Below are positions 50,785 through 58,754 of a DNA stretch of 64,000 nucleotides, piece by piece. The translations under genes were made by a program, and so were the position numbers. The DNA lies in NCBI GenBank assembly GCA_000002435.2, contig CM018793.1. One strand, given 5' to 3'. The notes under the pieces are model-generated. The model saw only the letters and a list, made by a program, of their open reading frames with translations, made no database searches and was not told where the DNA came from. The stretch is from Giardia intestinalis (taxonomy: Eukaryota). Position 1 is the stretch's first letter, and each line of letters begins with the position of its first letter.

Positions 50785-52380
50785 TCAAATGAACACCTTT
50801 TCCACGCTATTTATGGAAACCCTACAGATTGGACAACGCTTATCTAGCAACTGAAGGTAGCATTCATGGCAGATGCACACATGCTTGCAGGGATCCAACT
50901 TTATATTCTTTGGTCTGTGAAGACACACTACGCATTCTGGGCTACACCGAAGAAGGCGTGTGCTGACTATCTTATCTTGTAGCTTTCTGCACTCGTTCTC
51001 TAGAGACATTAACTCTTCGTTTGTAAGAGTGGTCGTATCTATTTCATCGGCTTTTGTTATATCCACCTTCATGCTAGCTATGGTTCTTTTTAGCTCCTGT
51101 CTTAGCTCCTGAATCGTTTTATCTTTAGCCCGAGCGTCTTTTTCTAGGCTGGTATGCAGCGTTGATAGTCTTACCACTTCCTCTTGCGCCTCCGCCTGAG
51201 CACTAACAGAATCTGAGAGCATCGCACTTAATTTAGCAAGAGATTCATCCATTGTTGAGATAATATACTTGAGCTGTGCAAAGTAGAGCTTCTCGTCGGT
51301 CTTGACCGGCCATTCTATTGAAGTGTCCGTCACATCTGCTACATCGTCTACCTTGTTATTTGGTGAGGTGAGCATGTTATATGCTTGAAGAGTTGACATT
51401 CGGTCGGATGGATCTGGCACCAAAAGGCCGCAAATTATTTCACCAATGGGCTTGAGAGTGGTACCGATTGTTTCCATTACCTTTTCAGATAAGACGTATG
51501 ATTGCTGCGTAGCTTTGGGTTTTCTAAATGGATACTTCTGAAAGATAAGTGCAAAGAGGAGACAACCAAGGTCCCAGCTATCTGATGCGAAGGTAGGCCT
51601 TAGATACGATATGTTGTTCCACGGCAGCATCCAGCAGTCCTTAGTTGGAACATATCCCTTAACAGGAAGCTCAATTCTTCCAGGTATAAGACTGGAGTCA
51701 CCCAGGATATTAGCTTTTGCTCCTGGATTTGGCCGGGTTTTCTGTCTACCAGGCGTCACAATCTTCTCTGGAGCCGGCGCAGATAATTGGTTATTAGGAG
51801 CTTCTGCAGGAAACGTGCTACCGACCCAGTTCAAGGGAGCTCCAATTCCCGGGAGGAAGCATAAAGAAAGTTCGTCGTCCAGAAGGATATTGTCAAGAGA
51901 TATAGCCCCAAGAGGTACACCTATTGTTGCAGTATTTATAACCCAGAGTCGATTGTGTAGAAAAGAAATGGCAGATATTAGACGGGTACAAGCATCGTAC
52001 ACTCTTTCATTGTTGGCCCCTGCCCACTTGCACCTATTGCCTCCAGATATGCTATTTGCAATACTTCCATTGGAGTAATATTTCATAATGACATAGAATA
52101 TTCGACGACTTTTATCAGCGTACACTTTATAGAATTTTGCAATCCCTGCTACGTCTAGGCCTATTAGAGTCTCTACCCATTGACAAAGCCTATACTCATT
52201 AAATCCTTGTATCTCACGTGCCTTAATCACTTTTATGGCTACCGTGTCTCGCGACCGAATGCTTGTGCACCTATATACGGTTCCTGTACGACCTGTGCCG
52301 ATTGCTTCATGGAATGTGTAGAGAGATCGTATGTCCAGGGTCTGCGGAGAGATGTCGCGGGGAGCCATAAGTGAATGCAT
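50785..52380 (-). CDS. Protein kinase-like domain (probable pseudokinase, NEK-like) fused to a coiled coil and a C-terminal RING finger
   Basis: Gly-loop IGTGRTGTVYRC and VAIKVIK are present. The catalytic-loop HRD is replaced (AISLDNILLDD) and DFG is replaced (LPG). C-terminal CVVCLHRPKNIKLDPCKHVCICHECYLQLLDKRCPICR is a C3HC4 RING. Start placed at the ATG at 52380 (MHSLMAP). Confidence 0.7.
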   Translation of the reverse strand: MHSLMAPRDISPQTLDIRSLYTFHEAIGTGRTGTVYRCTSIRSRDTVAIKVIKAREIQGFNEYRLCQWVETLIGLDVAGIAKFYKVYADKSRRIFYVIMKYYSNGSIANSISGGNRCKWAGANNERVYDACTRLISAISFLHNRLWVINTATIGVPLGAISLDNILLDDELSLCFLPGIGAPLNWVGSTFPAEAPNNQLSAPAPEKIVTPGRQKTRPNPGAKANILGDSSLIPGRIELPVKGYVPTKDCWMLPWNNISYLRPTFASDSWDLGCLLFALIFQKYPFRKPKATQQSYVLSEKVMETIGTTLKPIGEIICGLLVPDPSDRMSTLQAYNMLTSPNNKVDDVADVTDTSIEWPVKTDEKLYFAQLKYIISTMDESLAKLSAMLSDSVSAQAEAQEEVVRLSTLHTSLEKDARAKDKTIQELRQELKRTIASMKVDITKADEIDTTTLTNEELMSLENECRKLQDKIVSTRLLRCSPECVVCLHRPKNIKLDPCKHVCICHECYLQLLDKRCPICRVSINSVEKVFI

Positions 52381-52405
52381 TTTAAAGATTTGACGGGGAA
52401 GACCC
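52381..52405. promoter_or_regulatory. 25-nt divergent intergenic spacer (TTTAAAGATTTGACGGGGAAGACCC) shared by two head-to-head genes; candidate bidirectional core promoter
   Basis: The ATG codons of the minus-strand pseudokinase-RING gene (52380) and the plus-strand coiled-coil gene (52406) are only 25 nt apart. The spacer has an A/T-rich half. Confidence 0.4.
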
Positions 52406-55400
52406 ATGCTCAAGCGGGCACCACGGCTACCTCCACGCATGGCACCCCTGCAGTATACCAACGCATCCCTACCTACAGAGGCCATGGCCCGGGCCTCAAC
52501 CGATTCTAGCCTTGCCTGCTCTGCGCAACACTTCTGTGGCCAGGCGCTTACATTTAGACAGAGCTTGGTCGATGACATGCAGCGGCGGGAAGAGGAGCTG
52601 AAGGTGAAGTCGAAGAGCCTGGAAAAAGATATGAACGAATTGCAGCGCCGGCTTGAGGCTGTCTCTCGTGCAGAGAAGCGTCTTGCAAAGGTGCAGAGGC
52701 AGCTTAGTGAAGCAGAGACAGCTCTTCAAGCTAAAAATAGCGAACTGATGCAGCTTACAGCTAGTCATGCAGCCATGAAACAGCGTGTTGTCGAGTTAGA
52801 GCGGCGACTTGAATCGCGGGCTATGAATATTGTTACAGCAGAAGGACACATTACCCTAGAGCGGCAGCGGCTTGCAGAGCTAAAGAAGAAGGCAAACGAT
52901 ATGGTGGACGAGGCTGTGACAGCCAAGGAGGAGGCAGCAAAGCTCTGCAAACGGTACCTTAGCGACAAAGCACAGCTCGATGAGAAAAATGCTAATTATC
53001 AGTTTCTGCAGCTAGAAAACAAAGAGCTGAAGAGGAAATTGGAAGAACTAGACAGGCTAAATAAGGTGAGAGATGACGAGGTCTCTCGTTTCCGTGCTCA
53101 ACAAGAATCAGAAGCCTTCCACCTCAAGCAGGATAAAGCGCACATTCAACGAATGGACGAACTTTGCACTGCTCGGGAAACCGCGATAGCACTTCGAGAA
53201 CGAGAATTAGAGCGTATGCTTAAAGAAATCGAAGGACTGCATCATATGTCAGATGATAAGACTGCAAAAATGGAGCTAGAACATCAAAAGGCTAAGTTAG
53301 AATATAAGTCTGCAATAGATTCCTTGACACATCGCATTAAATCCAAAGACATAGAGCTATCCAAGCTACAGATGGAAAACACGCATCTTAAAGAGGTCAC
53401 AGCCAATTCTCTCTCTATTGAAAATGCTACTGAGCTTAAGAGTGCCAACAAAGCTCTTTCAGCACACGTAGAAGAGCTCACTAGTCATCTGCTCTCGGTC
53501 AACGCCGCACTGGATAAGCTACAAATGGAAAACATAAAGCTTCTAGAAGAAAATAAACGAAATGGAACAATGTTAGAGCAACTACAAAGGTTTACGAAGA
53601 CAATACAACAACCAATGCCCCCAAGTGATGCTGTAACTGAAAGTTCACTATCTCACCGTCCAATGTCTCCCGCCGCTAGGCTTGCAGCAGATCGCATCAC
53701 TCATTATAATTCCATACTCTCCAGATCCCAACCAATAGATGGTCTTAAAAGCGCAATTAACCGACGAAAAGAAGACGCTAATGAGCGCCTGTTAGAAGTG
53801 CAAGATCTTCAGCAAACAGGGGGAGACACCAGCAGATTGTCCGCCAAGTCCCACAGTGTCGCTGGTGATGTAGGCTCGCACCCAAATGGTGTTGAAGCAA
53901 CAGCATATCGTACTCTGGAGGGGATTCACACCATTAGACTGAAATACGAAAGAGGGCTGATGCAGTCCGAGGACTTTTTGTCGGCTCTACACCGGGATGC
54001 ATCCAAGACTATAGACTATATATTTCGCAAGTCGCAGGAGCTTCAAGCAAAAGAGGAGCTCATCCAGCAGATTTGTGGGCAAATCAAAGCAGATGCAGAA
54101 AGCCTTGTAGTTGAACGTAGTAACTTAGAGCAACAAAGGAATGAAATTGAGAAGATAATAGCCGAAGAGGTGAAAATGCAACTACAAACCAAGCTAGCTA
54201 TCTATGAAAAAGAGAGAAGCGCAGAACTGTTATCGCCTGAGTTCAAGAAGTCTTTCATCGAAATTCTTCGATTACATAAGCAGATGCCTGAAGCCGATGC
54301 AGTCTACATATTAGAACGTATCATCTCGCGAGCAGCATCTGTCAACCGATCGGAATCTATACAGCGCATTGTGGACAACCAGTCAACTAGCACAGTTAAG
54401 AATCACGGGACTGTGACTTCCCCAGCAGAGGCACTGCCGGTGTCATCTAAGTCTTTCAGGTGTGAGTTCTGCGGCAGATCAAACGCTATCATTTCAAGCG
54501 TTACTGTCCGTGATGCCAGTGACAAGGGTGTCCAGACCGATACAAGACTCTCAGAATTGAAAGAATTTTATGCTATTGCAGACCAGTTGCAATCCTCGGT
54601 GAATAAGTTGCCAGTGGCCGCATCCACTCTGCAATCTACACATTCTGCCCGACTCTCCCCAAGTGCAGCTCGTCCCAATATTTCCATTCATGCGGCTGCT
54701 TCAGCCTTAAATGGAACTCCCAGCCAAGTAGATATACTTCCAGTATCTCTTTCACGAAGTGGTCTTACCAACTTCTCAGAAAGCAAGCCTAGGTACAGCC
54801 GCTTCAGCATGCTAGATACCCTGAACCAGACTCATGCCCCCACTATGCTGTCTCGCACAGCTGCAGATCTTTCGAAGGATGACTCGCTGTCGTCACGAGG
54901 GACACCGTCTCGAAGTCATTCTCTTGGGCGAACAGCTTCCAATCCAGATACGAGAAGCGTTAGATTCAGTGGTGTGTTGGAGCATGTATTATCGCCCCAT
55001 GATGGAGCGGGCAGCAAAGCAACTGCTCAGTCTATTCTTCTAACCGGGGATTCTGTCCAGGCGCTGGATACTTACCTTCGACGAGGGTACAATACCACCG
55101 GAAGTGTTCGCCCTGTCAATCTAATATCAAGCTCTGAAACCATGACTAGCCTGGCAGACCCATCACCCTCGACCGACAAGACATCGATTACGGCTAATAC
55201 TTCATCTATATCCACTACAAGTATAGGCTCCCACGACAGGCCGTACTATCGAGAAGCAAAGCAGAACGCAGCAGAAATAAACCGTTTACTCATGAAGACT
55301 GAGAATCTTACCAGGAAGCCGTTACCCATTCAATACAGTGATGCAACTCACACATCCATCTCTGCTATAACTAAGCCAGAAAGCGCTAGTGCTCTGCTGC

Positions 55401-55711
55401 AAATCCCTGTCAGCTCAACATCTAATATGAACGCTGTGAATCTTCCAGACTCTCAGCTCCTTCAGCGAGTGGAGGACATATTAAATCGCTCTGGAGCAGA
55501 GAGCCTTACTCTGGATCCCCCATCGTTGTCTCAAAGCGGAGGCTATCTCGAGGGATACATGGGTATGCGTGGATCGGAGGTGCCCCAACCATTTCCACCG
55601 CCTAGTACATCCAAGTTCTCTACCATATATGGCTTGGAATCTCCTGCTGGGCGGCAAGCAACAGCCTTGTCAGATAACATGGGCGGCTCAGATAGCTGCA
55701 TCTATGTTTAG
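52406..55711 (+). CDS. Long coiled-coil protein (1101 aa) with a Ser-rich C-terminal region
   Basis: About 600 aa of heptad-rich sequence (LKVKSKSLEKDMNELQRRLEAVSRAEKRLAKVQRQL...), then a low-complexity S/T-rich tail. The start could alternatively be a downstream Met (52484 or 52580). Confidence 0.6.
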   Translation: MLKRAPRLPPRMAPLQYTNASLPTEAMARASTDSSLACSAQHFCGQALTFRQSLVDDMQRREEELKVKSKSLEKDMNELQRRLEAVSRAEKRLAKVQRQLSEAETALQAKNSELMQLTASHAAMKQRVVELERRLESRAMNIVTAEGHITLERQRLAELKKKANDMVDEAVTAKEEAAKLCKRYLSDKAQLDEKNANYQFLQLENKELKRKLEELDRLNKVRDDEVSRFRAQQESEAFHLKQDKAHIQRMDELCTARETAIALRERELERMLKEIEGLHHMSDDKTAKMELEHQKAKLEYKSAIDSLTHRIKSKDIELSKLQMENTHLKEVTANSLSIENATELKSANKALSAHVEELTSHLLSVNAALDKLQMENIKLLEENKRNGTMLEQLQRFTKTIQQPMPPSDAVTESSLSHRPMSPAARLAADRITHYNSILSRSQPIDGLKSAINRRKEDANERLLEVQDLQQTGGDTSRLSAKSHSVAGDVGSHPNGVEATAYRTLEGIHTIRLKYERGLMQSEDFLSALHRDASKTIDYIFRKSQELQAKEELIQQICGQIKADAESLVVERSNLEQQRNEIEKIIAEEVKMQLQTKLAIYEKERSAELLSPEFKKSFIEILRLHKQMPEADAVYILERIISRAASVNRSESIQRIVDNQSTSTVKNHGTVTSPAEALPVSSKSFRCEFCGRSNAIISSVTVRDASDKGVQTDTRLSELKEFYAIADQLQSSVNKLPVAASTLQSTHSARLSPSAARPNISIHAAASALNGTPSQVDILPVSLSRSGLTNFSESKPRYSRFSMLDTLNQTHAPTMLSRTAADLSKDDSLSSRGTPSRSHSLGRTASNPDTRSVRFSGVLEHVLSPHDGAGSKATAQSILLTGDSVQALDTYLRRGYNTTGSVRPVNLISSSETMTSLADPSPSTDKTSITANTSSISTTSIGSHDRPYYREAKQNAAEINRLLMKTENLTRKPLPIQYSDATHTSISAITKPESASALLQIPVSSTSNMNAVNLPDSQLLQRVEDILNRSGAESLTLDPPSLSQSGGYLEGYMGMRGSEVPQPFPPPSTSKFSTIYGLESPAGRQATALSDNMGGSDSCIYV

Positions 55712-56220
55712 TCTACTTTGAATGATACAGCTCGCGCAGTAAGCCATAGAATAGAGCAGCTGTATGTAAGGCTTAAAGCCATCATGAAATTGGTGTTCAT
55801 TGCGTCGTATCGTTTCCAGACAAAGATGCAGGACGCAAACATGCATACTATGTAACTGCGAATTCTGTGGGCTGTCAGGAAACGTGGGAACAAAAGAGTA
55901 AGTAGAAGCTCTGCACCAAGAAGTACCCAAGCTGGGTTTCTGATGGTAGTCCAAACAAATATGCAATAACCAGCACAAAATTCAAGCTCGTTCTTTAGTT
56001 GACGAGCTGCTACCGAGTTGCTATATATGTCATAGAAGCTGCAGCCCAGGCAGAATATCGCAATCCCATAACAAATAGAAAATTGAAACAGCCCGTATTC
56101 AGTTATAGATGCAACTGCATGCCACAGCATACATAGGGACGGACTAATAGAAAAGCCATTCCAGTCGTTTGCCCACACAAGGCCACTTAGACACAAGCCA
56201 AGAAGCATTCCGAGAAGCAT
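55708..56220 (-). CDS. Small multipass membrane protein (about 170 aa, 4-5 TM), family not recognised
   Basis: Hydrophobic helices LLGMLLGLCLSGLVW, FSICYGIAIFCLGCSF, WVLLGAELLLTLLF, YIVCMFASCIFVW, MMALSLTYSCSILWL. First ATG at 56220. The ORF-track start is a TTG. Confidence 0.4.
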   Translation of the reverse strand: MLLGMLLGLCLSGLVWANDWNGFSISPSLCMLWHAVASITEYGLFQFSICYGIAIFCLGCSFYDIYSNSVAARQLKNELEFCAGYCIFVWTTIRNPAWVLLGAELLLTLLFPRFLTAHRIRSYIVCMFASCIFVWKRYDAMNTNFMMALSLTYSCSILWLTARAVSFKVD

Positions 56221-56631
56221 AGCGTTGAATAGATAGCTATGTGCTGCGTGCAACTTATCAACGCTTTTCCTTTGTGAATTTGTATACTAAGTAAATTATA
56301 CAGCTGTGCAGCTGGACACTTAGCAGTTATATGGCGATTACAATGCAACAGTGACATGTTCAAACCATGAAGGCCGCTGCCGATATTCCTGTAGATTTGT
56401 CGAGGGACAAAGCTTTAGTAAAATGAAAATATCTTAGCTTTTGTGTTACACATTTGAAGCGGTCAAGACGTGAGCTGAATGAGCAGTTGGAGAAACCCGG
56501 AAGCAATGTGTGCAGATCTTGTTAAGGAAACAGAAAGTTATGTAGATACTTTTTGACAGTGGGCAGAGCCATCCAGGACATTCTATTGGGAAGACTTTAG
56601 TAAAGAAAAATTAGCCTGTAGTTTAGAAGCA

Positions 56632-58740
56632 ATGGAGAAGATCAAGACCTATCTAGGTAAGATGTGGGAGCCAATAACAATACTCCAATCGCAAGTACTG
56701 CAGCACGATGTTTTTCAGTCAAAGCCGGGTCCAGTATATATGCAGCCGTCTAAGAGTCCACAGGATAATTCAGTAGATGAGCTTACAACGTCGACCAGTG
56801 ACCCTGCACTTATCACAGATGGCGACGGTGTCAAGGAGCCCGTGCTGAAGCAAGCCTCTCCCACTTCCTCTGTACCCACGCTGATCAATCCCGGAAAGCC
56901 ACCTACTTTGGCGACACAGCCACCTGCCTCTGCCTTTGAGCGCTCGCCATTCACTGCGTGCTTTAACCATGACCCAACCGGTGTACCCTTGCATAGAGGA
57001 TTCGACGAAGACTCCTTCTTTCAGCACCGATCATTCCCAGATGAGGCCTACTACAAGAAAGCTATGCAGCACGTGGGATTTACAGAATACAGGCATGGTC
57101 AGCGAGCCGCGCTGTACTGCATTAATACCATGCGCAAGGTTCTAGCAATTATGCCTACTGGCCACGGGAAGTCTGCCCTGTTCGTCCTCCCTGCGCTGGC
57201 CTCCTCCAGAATTGCTGTTGTCATTATGCCCACTGTTTCTTTGCAACAGGACCAGTTTAATCAGTGGGCTCAGTACTTGACTGTCCGGGTGTGCACTTCA
57301 CAATCAGGGCATAGAGAAGGGGCGATTCGCTCTCGAGACGTTGCTGCACTCACTGGCCCGTTAATACTCATTGTCACTCCAGAAAAGCTTTGCATAGATG
57401 CTATCCTCCAAGAAGCCATTACTTCTCTCACGCAAAGGGGGCGAATCTGTCTGTTTGCCATTGATGAGGCACACCTTGTTCTGGAGTGGGTCTCCTTCCG
57501 ACCCGAGTTTCTTAGTGCAGCAGATCTTCTTCAAAAGTGGCACATGCAAGGTAATAGCAGTCTTCTCTTGCTGACGGCAACGCTCACCTCCACAGCCTGC
57601 CGACGCCTTATGGAGATATTCCATTTTACCTGCAATGACAGGGTGGACGAGATGTGCACAAGCGAAAGACAGCTTCTGTACCGAACCAGTGCTGTGGATC
57701 ATTTGCTTGTCTTTCCTGCTTACAAAGACAATATATTTCTGGATGTAGTAGAGATTGGAGCAAACACCCCACTTATTGAAGAAGTCCTGGATGCGCTGAA
57801 GGGATACATGGCTGACTCCAGTATCATATACTGTCGGAGACGGGCAGATAACGATGTACTAGCCAATAACCTAAATTGTGCCCTGAAGAAAGGATTTGCA
57901 GAATCATATCATAGTAGTAAGCAGGACCAGAGTGAAATTGTGCAGCGGTGGCTTAGCGGAAGAACCCTCTGTGTATGCGCCACTATTGCTTTCGGGATGG
58001 GGATCAATAAGCCAAATGTTCGACTCGTTATCGATGCTGACCCCTCTGGCTCCATCAACACTATCCTTCAGAAGATTGGAAGGTGTGGAAGGGATGGGCA
58101 GCCAGCGAAGGCAGCCCTTTATTACAATTGCAAGGAGCTGCAGAAGCTTCTTCTTATTGTAGCACGGGATCATGACCAGAGCCTTCTTTCTGCCGCCGTT
58201 TCTGCTTGCCTTTTCTACCTTCGAGATGATATCTGTAAGTGGCGGCTAATGTTACTGTACTTTGGTCAAGAGATAGAAAGGAGTGGTGCCCCGATAGAAC
58301 GGTGCGGTCATTGTAGCTATTGCTGTTCGTCCCCCGTGGAAGTCAATGAAGATCACGAATCTGATTCCAGTGACTGCCAGCCTCTAGTACTATCGCTCTT
58401 ACTATTCATTGAGCACAATAAGATGCACGAAGCTGATGGAAAGACAGGCTTCACTGCTGCCATAAATCATTTGGACAAGATCTTCATCCGAAAGCAATCT
58501 AAAGGACGAAAGCAGCCGGAAGGCCCCTTTTATAGCAAGCGTAAGATCCTTCAGACCGTCTTAGAGTTAGTACAAGCTGGCTATCTAGAGTTCTACATGA
58601 GCAGTTTTCAGGGGACCCTTTGTCTCCGTTTGAACCCAAACCGCGCCATAGAGGCAAAGACCATCAGACACATAAGCACAGTCTACAGAGATAAAAGCGA
58701 TAACAAAAGCAACAACAGCAGTTTAATCATTAAAACATAA
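56632..58740 (+). CDS. ATP-dependent DNA helicase, RecQ family
   Basis: Motif I LAIMPTGHGKS. DEAH box FAIDEAHLVLEW. Motif III LLLTATLTS. RecQ C-terminal zinc module CKWRLMLLYFGQ...CGHCSYCC. The ATG is preceded by AAAGAAAAATTAGCC. Confidence 0.85.
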   Translation: MEKIKTYLGKMWEPITILQSQVLQHDVFQSKPGPVYMQPSKSPQDNSVDELTTSTSDPALITDGDGVKEPVLKQASPTSSVPTLINPGKPPTLATQPPASAFERSPFTACFNHDPTGVPLHRGFDEDSFFQHRSFPDEAYYKKAMQHVGFTEYRHGQRAALYCINTMRKVLAIMPTGHGKSALFVLPALASSRIAVVIMPTVSLQQDQFNQWAQYLTVRVCTSQSGHREGAIRSRDVAALTGPLILIVTPEKLCIDAILQEAITSLTQRGRICLFAIDEAHLVLEWVSFRPEFLSAADLLQKWHMQGNSSLLLLTATLTSTACRRLMEIFHFTCNDRVDEMCTSERQLLYRTSAVDHLLVFPAYKDNIFLDVVEIGANTPLIEEVLDALKGYMADSSIIYCRRRADNDVLANNLNCALKKGFAESYHSSKQDQSEIVQRWLSGRTLCVCATIAFGMGINKPNVRLVIDADPSGSINTILQKIGRCGRDGQPAKAALYYNCKELQKLLLIVARDHDQSLLSAAVSACLFYLRDDICKWRLMLLYFGQEIERSGAPIERCGHCSYCCSSPVEVNEDHESDSSDCQPLVLSLLLFIEHNKMHEADGKTGFTAAINHLDKIFIRKQSKGRKQPEGPFYSKRKILQTVLELVQAGYLEFYMSSFQGTLCLRLNPNRAIEAKTIRHISTVYRDKSDNKSNNSSLIIKT

Positions 58741-58754
58741 GACCAGGACCAGTT

